Positions 9,052-18,168 of a stretch of 64,000 bases of DNA are shown here, piece after piece. Position 1 is the first letter of the stretch. Each line of letters starts with the position of its first letter. The DNA comes from Candidatus Eiseniibacteriota bacterium (GTDB lineage: Bacteria; Eisenbacteria; RBG-16-71-46), in assembly GCA_038231135.1 (NCBI GenBank), contig JBBRLX010000017.1, forward strand, positions 17,151 through 81,150, read 5' to 3'. A program made the position numbers and the translations under genes. The notes under the pieces are model-generated. The model was not told where the DNA came from. It saw nothing but the letters and a program-made list of their open reading frames with translations, and did not search any database.

Positions 9052-10143
9052 ATGCCCCATCTATCCGATTTCCTGACGCTGATCGCGGTCCCGTTCCTCG
9101 TGCTGCTGAACGGGTTCTTCGTCGCGGCCGAGTTCTCGCTGGTCACGATCCGCTGGACGCGGGTCGAGGAACTGGTCGAGGAGGGCCGGTTCGGCGCGCT
9201 CCCGGTGCGCGCGGCCGTCGAGAAGATCGAGAGCACGATCGCCGCCACCCAGCTCGGCATCACGTTCACGAGCCTGGCGCTGGGCTGGATCGGCGAGCCG
9301 GCGATCGAGCACATCATCGCGCCGCTGTTCGCGTTCCTGCCCACGATCTGGCACATCGCGGCGTCGCACGCGGTGTCGGTCACACTGGCGTTCCTGTGCA
9401 TCACGTTCCTGCACGTGGTGCTGGGCGAGCTGGTGCCCAAGGCGCTGGCGCTCGAGCGCGCCGAGCAGGTCGCGCTGCTCACCTCGGCGCCGCTGGTGCT
9501 GTTCGGCCGGGTCTTCCGGCCGTTCATCCGGCTGATGAAGAACAGCGCCGCGATCGTGATCCGGCTGCTGCGGCTGCCGCCGCTCGACAAGGCGTCCGAC
9601 GTGCACTCGGTGGACGAGCTGGCGATGCTGGTCGAGGAGACGCAGGAGGCCGGCGTCATTCCCGAGCAGGAGGCGACGTTCGTCCAGAACGTGTTCGAGC
9701 TGTCGGACAAGGTGGTGAAGGACATCATGGTGCCGCGCGAGAAGGTCGTGACGGTGCCGATCAACGCGACCGAGGACGAGGTGCTGGCGACCGCGCGTGA
9801 CACGGCGCACACCCGAATGCCGGTGTGGGAGGGCACGCCCGACCACATCGTCGGCATCGTGAACACCAAGGACCTGTTCCACCTGTTCAGCCTGCGCGGG
9901 CTCGTCGTGCTGATGGACGCGGTATACCCGCCGATCTTCGTCGCGCCCGACCGTCCGGTGGCCGAACTGCTGCGCACGTTCAAGCGCGAGAAGCGCCCGA
10001 TGGCCGTGGTGTGCGACGCCCGCGGCAAGTTCATCGGCATCGTCACGCTGGAGGACATTCTCGAGGAGATCGTGGGCGAGATCGAGGACGAACACGACAT
10101 GCCGCGACCCACGACGATGGGCCAGGTGCTGCCTCGTCACTGA
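9052..10143 (+). CDS. Hemolysin/CNNM (DUF21 + CBS pair) membrane protein
   Basis: NGFFVAAEF, QLGIT, GELVPK, GIVTLEDILEEIVGEIEDE; no C-terminal CorC domain visible. Confidence 0.92.
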   Translation: MPHLSDFLTLIAVPFLVLLNGFFVAAEFSLVTIRWTRVEELVEEGRFGALPVRAAVEKIESTIAATQLGITFTSLALGWIGEPAIEHIIAPLFAFLPTIWHIAASHAVSVTLAFLCITFLHVVLGELVPKALALERAEQVALLTSAPLVLFGRVFRPFIRLMKNSAAIVIRLLRLPPLDKASDVHSVDELAMLVEETQEAGVIPEQEATFVQNVFELSDKVVKDIMVPREKVVTVPINATEDEVLATARDTAHTRMPVWEGTPDHIVGIVNTKDLFHLFSLRGLVVLMDAVYPPIFVAPDRPVAELLRTFKREKRPMAVVCDARGKFIGIVTLEDILEEIVGEIEDEHDMPRPTTMGQVLPRH

Positions 10144-10246
10144 ATGTCACTTGTGCAGCGTCCTGCCATCATGGTAGTTATCCGTTTGGAACAAGGACGT
10201 GCCACGGAGTTCCAACGACCTCAATCCGCCCTGTGCGGGGGGTTTC

Positions 10247-10747
10247 ATGCCTCAGTGGACTCTGTTCGAAAATGACTTTCGAACGATCGATCTGGTATTG
10301 AGCGAGCTGCTGGAACGGACCAATGCGCTGTCGGTGCATCTGGTCGATCGTTCGGGCCAGCTCATCACTTCGGCCGGTCGCACCGGTGACTTCGACGCCA
10401 CCGCGTTCGCGAGCCTGATTGCGGCCGACTTCACCGCCAACGCCGAAATCTCGCAGCTGCTGGGTGAACAGGGCGTGGAAGCCGTCGTCAGCGAAGGCGT
10501 CCAGCGCTCGGTGTACTCCGTCATGCTCGCGGGCCGCGTGATCCTGTGCACGGTGTTCGACCGTCGCAGCACGCTCGGCATCGTGAGGTTCCGCGCGCAG
10601 CGCGCCGTGAACGGGCTGGAACCGGTGTTCCAGGGCCTGTTCGAGAAGGTCGGGCTCACCGAACCGTCGCTGACGGTGCCGGAGTTCGCGTCGAACGACT
10701 TCGCTTCGGCCGCGGCTCAGGAAGTGGACGCACTGTTCGGGGATTGA
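10247..10747 (+). CDS. mglB: MglB roadblock/LC7 protein
   Basis: LVDRSGQLITSAG, FASLIAA, FDRRSTLGIVR and a C-terminal VDALF helix; directly upstream of mglA. Confidence 0.9.
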   Translation: MPQWTLFENDFRTIDLVLSELLERTNALSVHLVDRSGQLITSAGRTGDFDATAFASLIAADFTANAEISQLLGEQGVEAVVSEGVQRSVYSVMLAGRVILCTVFDRRSTLGIVRFRAQRAVNGLEPVFQGLFEKVGLTEPSLTVPEFASNDFASAAAQEVDALFGD

Positions 10748-10811
10748 CGGGAGGCCAGGGATCTCGCCGTTCCGCCGTCATCGGGCGGACGGCAGGGCGC
10801 GGGGGCAGAGT

Positions 10812-11624
10812 GTGGCGCTGATCAATCATCGGGCGCGCGAGATCCATTTCAAGATCGTCTATTACGGCCCGAGCCTCGGCGGCAAGACCACGAATCTCAA
10901 GGTGCTGCACGACCGGCTGCCGGCCGATCGCCGCGGCAAGCTGCTGTCGATCGCGACGGATCACGAGCGCACGCTGTTCTTCGACTTCCTGCCGTTTGCG
11001 CTCGGCCAGATCCAGGGCTACACCACCCGTATCCATCTCTACACCACGCCCGGCCAGACCTATTACCGGCTGTCGCGCCGCGCGGTCCTGCAGGGGCTCG
11101 ACGGGCTGGTGTTCGTCGCCGACTCGCATCCCGCCCGTGAGACCGCGAATCGCGAATCGCTCGAGGACCTGCACGAGCACCTGACGGCGCTCGGCGTCAC
11201 GCCAGACCAGCGCGCGAAGATCGGCTGGATCTTCCAGTACAACAAGCGCGACCTGCCGAACGCGCTGCCGGTCGACCGGCTGCGCCGGCTGCTCAACCCG
11301 GCGCGCGCGCCCGAGTTCGAATCGACCGCGTCGTCGGGCGGCGGCGTCGCCGAAACGCTGCGCGCCGCGTGCAAGGCAGTGATTTCGCAGGTGACGCTCG
11401 GCGATCCAATGCGCCCGGCGGAACCGGTGGCGCCGCCGGCAACCGTGATGCGCCCGGCCGCCACCACGCCGCCGCCGCCGGCCATGACGCCGGCGCTCGC
11501 GATCGTGCCCGCGCCGGGCGGGACCGTTCCCGGCCGGCCGCCCGCACCCCGCGCGCCGGCGACGCCGGCGGCGAAGGTCGCACGGCGACCTCGTTCCCGC
11601 GCGGCACGCCGATCGCGCGCGTGA
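10812..11624 (+). CDS. mglA: MglA small Ras-like GTPase with Pro/Ala/Arg-rich C-terminal extension
   Basis: KIVYYGPxLxGKTTNL, RTLFFDFLP, LYTxPGQ, QYNKRDL. Confidence 0.93.
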   Translation: MALINHRAREIHFKIVYYGPSLGGKTTNLKVLHDRLPADRRGKLLSIATDHERTLFFDFLPFALGQIQGYTTRIHLYTTPGQTYYRLSRRAVLQGLDGLVFVADSHPARETANRESLEDLHEHLTALGVTPDQRAKIGWIFQYNKRDLPNALPVDRLRRLLNPARAPEFESTASSGGGVAETLRAACKAVISQVTLGDPMRPAEPVAPPATVMRPAATTPPPPAMTPALAIVPAPGGTVPGRPPAPRAPATPAAKVARRPRSRAARRSRA

Positions 11625-12076
11625 ACCCGCTGGTCCGCGGCCTCGCGACCCTGGGGCCGGCGGGATACGCTCCGATCGCACCGGCGACCGCGGGCAGCGC
11701 GCTCGTCGCGCTCATCGGCTGGTTCCTGCCGGTGCCGCCGCTGTGGGTTACACTCGTGCTGCTCGCGCTGGGCACCGCGATCGCGATCGCCGTCGCCGGG
11801 GCGGCGGAGCACGAGTTCGGACACGACGCCAAGCCGATCGTGATCGACGAGGCGGTGGGGCAGACCGTGGCGCTGCTGTTCGTCCCGCACGTGTGGTGGA
11901 TGTTCGCGACGTCGTTCGTGCTGTTCCGGATCTTCGACGTCTGGAAGCCGCTGGGCGCACGCGAGGCGCAGGTGCTGCCGGGCGGCTTTGGAGTGGTCAC
12001 CGACGACGTGATCGCCGGGCTGACCGCGCTCGGCGTGTTCCATCTGGGAGTCTGGGCGGCGCATCGCTGGGTGTGA
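11621..12076 (+). CDS. pgpA: Phosphatidylglycerophosphatase A
   Basis: APATAGS, IVIDEAVG, LFRIFDVWKP, GVVTDDVIAG; GTG start overlaps the mglA stop. Confidence 0.93.
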   Translation: MNPLVRGLATLGPAGYAPIAPATAGSALVALIGWFLPVPPLWVTLVLLALGTAIAIAVAGAAEHEFGHDAKPIVIDEAVGQTVALLFVPHVWWMFATSFVLFRIFDVWKPLGAREAQVLPGGFGVVTDDVIAGLTALGVFHLGVWAAHRWV

Positions 12077-12245
12077 TGCCCCGGCCCGCCGGCCGGTCAC
12101 GGCGCCGCGCCGCGCAGCCGTAGTCGCCTCCGAAATCGCGCAACGCGCATGCGAATTCCGTGCACGCTGAACGGCGCGCCGCATCCTGCCCCGGTCGCGG
12201 GTCGCTCAACCCGTTGCGACACAACATCGCGATACCGAAACCCGT

Positions 12246-12262
12246 CTGGCACCGCGGTTGCA
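12246..12262 (+). promoter_or_regulatory. sigma54 (-24/-12) promoter
   Basis: CTGGCAC-CGCGG-TTGCA matches TGGCAC-N5-TTGCA in an intergenic region. Confidence 0.8.
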
Positions 12263-12377
12263 ACTACCACGCCCACCTATCAGTGGAGGCAGCGGGATTG
12301 CGGAATACGAGCATTGCATTGCGAAATCCCGATGCCGCATGCACGGAAGTTCGACGAGTCCAGCAGGAGCTACGATC

Positions 12378-12671
12378 ATGAACCTCAATTCCAGTTCGCA
12401 TTCGGCAGGCCGTCTGCCGCGTTCGCGGCGATCCGTGAAGGCGCCCGCGACCGCGCGTCCCGTGAAGACCTCGGGTCCGGTGGATCGGGGACTGTGGTGG
12501 ATCATGTGGGTGGCGCTGGTCGCGGCACTTGCGACCGGCATCCAGTCCATGACCACGGCCGACCTCGACGATTCGCAGGCGAGCGTCGAGTCGCAGTATC
12601 CGATCCACCATCGGCTGCCCGCGCGCCCCCAGGCGCACCAGGCGCAGCAGGACTCCGCCGCCACCTCCTGA
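12378..12671 (+). CDS. Small hypothetical single-pass membrane protein (97 aa)
   Basis: AGGAG RBS; basic N-terminus, one TM segment (GLWWIMWVALVAALATGI), polar tail; downstream of the sigma54 site. Confidence 0.65.
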   Translation: MNLNSSSHSAGRLPRSRRSVKAPATARPVKTSGPVDRGLWWIMWVALVAALATGIQSMTTADLDDSQASVESQYPIHHRLPARPQAHQAQQDSAATS

Positions 12672-12800
12672 TTCGGGCCGTCGTGCGGTCCCGCAGCCAA
12701 CGGGACCGCCGGCGGATCCACCGCGGCGCGCATCGATCACGAGCCTCCGTGACGATGCGCGCCGCACTCGTTGGGGCGGTGGCGCCCGTCACCCGCGGAT

Positions 12801-14717
12801 TCACTGCCCGCGCATCGCCTGCAGGCACGCGTTGCGCAACGCGATCCCGGTCGGATAGCCCGGCGACCACTTGAGGATGCTGTCGGCGTGTGCCAGCGCC
12901 GCCGGCAGGTCGCCGCGCTGGTACGCGGCCAGCCCCAGCACGCCATGGGCCGGGAGATTGGGACCGAATAGCGCGCACGCCCGCCGCGCTTCGGTTTCGG
13001 CCGCCGCATGTTCCCCGCCGAGATACAGGTACTTCGAGCGCTCGCCCGCCACCAGGCCGTGGAACACGCGGGCGTTGGGATCGCGCTCGAGCGAGTCCGC
13101 GCGGTCGAGCAGGGCTCCCGCGGCGCGCCAGCCGGGGCCGGACATGACGGGCGCCGTCGCAAGGTAGGCCCGCATGGCCGCGGGTTCGACGATCGAGGCC
13201 TGTGGTGTCGCATCGGGCTCGAATTCGATGATCGCGGCCAGCCGGGGTTCGGCGTGTTCGCGGATCCGCTGCATCGGGTCCCATTCCAGCGTCGAGTCCG
13301 CGTACCACGCGCGGATCGCGTGGGAGCCGCCGAACGCGTATTCGGCACGGCGCGGCAGGTAGTGGATGCCGATGTGTGTGCCCGGCGCCGGATGCGGCAG
13401 TCGCGCACGCAACGCGTCACGGCTGACGCGCATCAACCGCTGCAACCGCACCGCCTGCTCGAAATCCATGAACGCGCCGGTGGTGGCGGCGTCGTTGGTG
13501 ATCCGTGGCGGCGGCGCCGGCGCGATCCCCAGCGCCACGAGCCGCGCGGCCACGATGGCGCCGAGCATCATGGGATGCGCGGTCCATGCGAGCTCGGCCG
13601 TCATCGCGAGCAGCCCGAGCGAACCGAAACCGCTGCGATTCGGCATCCAGAACGGGTAGACGGCGGTGAGCGTTGCCGAGGCGCCCAGGAACCAGGCGCC
13701 GCCCCACAGCACCCAGGCCAGCGCCTGGGACCAGCGGGCGCGGCCGCGCCGGTGCCGCAACGCGACCGCGACCCATAGCAATGCCACCAGCGCCAGCAGG
13801 GACCCCACCGCGCGGTCGTTGTTCGATTGCACGAGCGGCAGGCTCATGATCGCGCGCAGGCTGTTCGCGATCGACCAGCCCAGGCGCTCGAACCAGGAGG
13901 CGGTCGCGAGCGTGTGCTCCATGTCGTGCGGCAGCGACAGCTGCGCGTGCGTCCGGATGCTCACGTAGGCCACGCCCCACAACGCCGCGACCGCCGCGCA
14001 CGCGGCCGCCAGCCGCAACCGCGGGCGGTTGTCCCGCGGACCGATGCCGGGCATCAGCGGCAGCAGCACCGCGGCGATCACCGCCACCTCCTTGCACAAC
14101 AGCGCGCCCAGCAGCGCCGCGAGCCCGGTGACCCAGCGGCGGTACGCGAACTCGTGCGCCGCCAGCGCCGTGAACAGCCACAGGCCGAGATCCACGAAGT
14201 GGCTCGGCCAGCCGATCAGCGTGCGCGTCGACTCCGACAGCAACGGCGCCGTGGCCACCACCGCCGCCCACGCGCCGGGCCGCGCCACCCGGAACGCGCG
14301 GTAGAACAGCAGGCTCGCGAGCGCCAGCAGCGCGACGTGGATGCCGGCGACCACCGCGGGATGCGCGAGCATCAGCCGGCCGAACGCGAGGTAGTAGAGC
14401 TGGTGCGGGATCGGCCGCCAGAACGCCTTCGACCCGCCGCCGTCCAGCAGCGAGAACGGTCCGAACAGCGCGCGCTGCAGGAAGTCGAAGTCCTCGGCAA
14501 ACGGCTCGCCGAGCGGGGCGCCGAGCGATTTCACCAGCAGCGGCAGCACCGCGGCGAGCGTGATCAGGCCCCAGGGATCGCGCAGCAGCGGGCGTTCCGG
14601 CGCCGCCGTGGCGGGCCCGTCGGCGGCGCGCGGGGACACGGGCGGCGTGCGCGGGGGCGGAGCGCCAGCGACGCTGTTGGGGCGGGTTGGCGCGCGATCG
14701 CGCGAAGGGCGGGGCAT
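12801..14717 (-). CDS. Polytopic membrane protein with C-terminal TPR; GT-C/PMT-like glycosyltransferase candidate
   Basis: Acidic loop after TM1 (FAEDFDFL), FWRP, LLCKE, many TM helices, TPR-like tail (AHGVLGLAAYQRGDLPAA). Confidence 0.7.
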   Translation of the reverse strand: MPRPSRDRAPTRPNSVAGAPPPRTPPVSPRAADGPATAAPERPLLRDPWGLITLAAVLPLLVKSLGAPLGEPFAEDFDFLQRALFGPFSLLDGGGSKAFWRPIPHQLYYLAFGRLMLAHPAVVAGIHVALLALASLLFYRAFRVARPGAWAAVVATAPLLSESTRTLIGWPSHFVDLGLWLFTALAAHEFAYRRWVTGLAALLGALLCKEVAVIAAVLLPLMPGIGPRDNRPRLRLAAACAAVAALWGVAYVSIRTHAQLSLPHDMEHTLATASWFERLGWSIANSLRAIMSLPLVQSNNDRAVGSLLALVALLWVAVALRHRRGRARWSQALAWVLWGGAWFLGASATLTAVYPFWMPNRSGFGSLGLLAMTAELAWTAHPMMLGAIVAARLVALGIAPAPPPRITNDAATTGAFMDFEQAVRLQRLMRVSRDALRARLPHPAPGTHIGIHYLPRRAEYAFGGSHAIRAWYADSTLEWDPMQRIREHAEPRLAAIIEFEPDATPQASIVEPAAMRAYLATAPVMSGPGWRAAGALLDRADSLERDPNARVFHGLVAGERSKYLYLGGEHAAAETEARRACALFGPNLPAHGVLGLAAYQRGDLPAALAHADSILKWSPGYPTGIALRNACLQAMRGQ

Positions 14718-14755
14718 GGCGGCTCGACGGCTCACGCTAGCGCGAAGGGAACGCG

Positions 14756-16033
14756 ATGTCTAACATGCGGACAATGGAAATCGAGATCATCACGATCGGC
14801 AACGAGATCCTGTCGGGCCGCACCGTCGACACCAATTTCGCGTGGCTGGCGCGCGAGCTGGAGGCCGCGAGTGTGCAGGTGGCGTGGCACAGCACGGTGG
14901 GCGACACCGCCGAACGGATCGGCGAGGCGCTCGCCCACGCGGTGTCGCGTGCCGACGCCGTGGTGATGACGGGCGGACTCGGCCCCACGCCCGATGACGT
15001 CACGCGCCGGGCGGTGGCCACGGCGCTCGGGCGCCGGCTGCTGCTCGACGAGACGGTGCTGGAGTCGATCCGCGATCGCGCGCGGCGACTCCACCGCAAG
15101 CTGCCGGCGTCGGTCGAGAGCCAGGCGCTGATTCCGACCGGCGCTTTGGTGTGGCGCAACCGGCTCGGCACCGCGCCCGGGCTGCTGCTCGACCAGGACG
15201 GCGTGCCGGTGATCCTGCTGCCGGGGGTGCCCTACGAAATGGAGGGGCTCGCGACCGAATTCGCGATTCCGCATCTGCGCGAGCGCAGCGGGCGGCACGT
15301 CGAGGCGTTCACGCTGCGCACGGCCGGCATGTTCGAGAGCGCGCTGCAGGAGCGGATCGCCGAGCTGCCGCAGTGGTGGCACGGCGCGACGCTCGCCTAC
15401 CTGCCCGGCTACGCCGGGGTCGATCTGCGCGTGACGGTCGCGGGGACCGATGAGGCGACGGTCGCGGCGACGGCGCAGCAGGCCCGCGAGGAACTGCGCC
15501 AGCGCGTAGGAGCGGTGGTGTACGCCGAGGGCATCACCGGCATGGAACAGGTGGTGGGCACGCGGCTCATCGAGTTGGGCCAGAAGCTCGCCACCGCGGA
15601 ATCGTGCACCGGTGGCCTGCTGGCGAAACGCCTGACCGACACGCCCGGCTCGTCGCAGTACTTCGAGCGCGGGATCGTGACCTACTCCAACGCCAGCAAG
15701 ATCGAGCTGCTCGGAGTGAGCGCGGCGGACCTCGAGCGGCACGGCGCCGTCAGCGCCGAGGTCGCGTTCCAGATGGCGGCCGGCGCCGCCGAACGCGCGC
15801 ACGTGGCCACGGCGCTCGCGATCACCGGCGTCGCGGGGCCGGGTGGCGGCAGCGACGCGAAGCCGGTGGGCACGGTGTTCATCGCTGCCCACGGCCACGG
15901 CACGACCGTGGTGCGCCACCACCACATCGGCGGCATGCGGGTTGCAATCCGCGAACGCTCGGCGCAGGCCGCGCTCGACCTGCTGCGACGGCATCTGAGC
16001 GGCATGCCGCTCGACGCCACGTTCGAGCCGTAG
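14756..16033 (+). CDS. cinA: Competence/damage-inducible protein CinA (MoCF domain + NMN deamidase)
   Basis: GNEILSG.TVDTN, GGLGPTPDD, AESCTGG, GAVS, ITGVAGPGGG. Start could be 14756, 14765 or 14774. Confidence 0.95.
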   Translation: MSNMRTMEIEIITIGNEILSGRTVDTNFAWLARELEAASVQVAWHSTVGDTAERIGEALAHAVSRADAVVMTGGLGPTPDDVTRRAVATALGRRLLLDETVLESIRDRARRLHRKLPASVESQALIPTGALVWRNRLGTAPGLLLDQDGVPVILLPGVPYEMEGLATEFAIPHLRERSGRHVEAFTLRTAGMFESALQERIAELPQWWHGATLAYLPGYAGVDLRVTVAGTDEATVAATAQQAREELRQRVGAVVYAEGITGMEQVVGTRLIELGQKLATAESCTGGLLAKRLTDTPGSSQYFERGIVTYSNASKIELLGVSAADLERHGAVSAEVAFQMAAGAAERAHVATALAITGVAGPGGGSDAKPVGTVFIAAHGHGTTVVRHHHIGGMRVAIRERSAQAALDLLRRHLSGMPLDATFEP

Positions 16034-16138
16034 TCGAGGGCGGCGCGACCTTCGATGGCGCCGGGCGCCGCGGTTTCGCGTCGATCGGATCGCCGTGGTC
16101 GAGAGCCGGCTCGCGCCCGGGGGCTCAATCTATGGCAC

Positions 16139-16167
16139 TTTACCCCGACTGCCCAAATGTGTAGTAT
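16139..16167 (+). promoter_or_regulatory. recA promoter with candidate LexA box in the spacer
   Basis: TTTACC-17 nt-TAGTAT; the imperfect palindrome CTGCCCAAATGTGTAG lies at 16149-16164. Confidence 0.6.
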
Positions 16168-16257
16168 GCGCTGCATGAGCAACGTGGCGCCCGGTTTGGG
16201 GGCGCGACGGCAGACGGAGCCCTCACCAGCCACGCCCCTGCGAAGGAGACGCGGAAC

Positions 16258-17424
<1,167 letters not shown>

Positions 17425-17493
17425 ACCGTCCGGGCCGGCGGCCATCCTAAGGGTGGCCGTCGCGCCTGGAGCGTTCCACCCGCCCCCCAAGAC

Positions 17494-18054
17494 ATGGCGA
17501 CGAACATGGATTCGACAGCCACCAGACCGCGCTCCGCAACGCGGGCGCCGCGCGGACCACGCACGGTGTCGCCGGAGCGCGCCGCCGATCCACAGGCCGC
17601 GCGCGAGGCTGCGCTCAAGCTGCTCGAGCGCACCCGGCGCACGCGCGCCGATCTCGCACGCCGGCTCAAGGACAAGGGCTACGTGGCCGCGGCGATCGGC
17701 CCCGTGCTCGAACGGCTTGCCGGCGTGGGCCTGATCGACGACGTCGAGTACGCGCGTGCCTACCTGCGCGGGCGCTGGGGGCGCCGCGCGGCGGGCTGGC
17801 GGCGTCTCGAACAGGAGCTGCGCGGCAAGGGCATCGGCGTCGAGGACATCGTGCTCGCGCGCCAGGCGCTCGAGGCCGAGGTGGGAGCGGTCGACGAGAT
17901 CGCCGGCGCCCGCCGGGTGATCGAGCAGGCGGCCCGGCGCTATCAGCGACTCGAGCCCCGGGTGAGGAGCCAGCGGCTCTATGCCCTGTTGCAGCGCCGC
18001 GGCTTCGACGGCGACGTGATCCGCCGCGCGCTCGCGATCCGCGACGAGGACTGA
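17494..18054 (+). CDS. recX: Regulatory protein RecX
   Basis: GLIDDVEYA, ELRGKGI, LQRRGF; directly downstream of recA. Confidence 0.9.
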   Translation: MATNMDSTATRPRSATRAPRGPRTVSPERAADPQAAREAALKLLERTRRTRADLARRLKDKGYVAAAIGPVLERLAGVGLIDDVEYARAYLRGRWGRRAAGWRRLEQELRGKGIGVEDIVLARQALEAEVGAVDEIAGARRVIEQAARRYQRLEPRVRSQRLYALLQRRGFDGDVIRRALAIRDED

Positions 18055-18168
18055 CTGAGTCGGCCGCGTGCATCCGCGCTGCCGAATCGCTATCTTCGGG
18101 CGTTCGCACCGTCACCTTAGGGCTCCCCGGCGACCACGGGCGGCCAGCGGCCGGCAACCGGAGACCGG

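Noticed and set aside
10150..10205. Minus-strand TGGCA...TGC/TTG words upstream of mglB as sigma54 sites
   Set aside because: Spacing is one base short of GG-N10-GC and the orientation is antisense.
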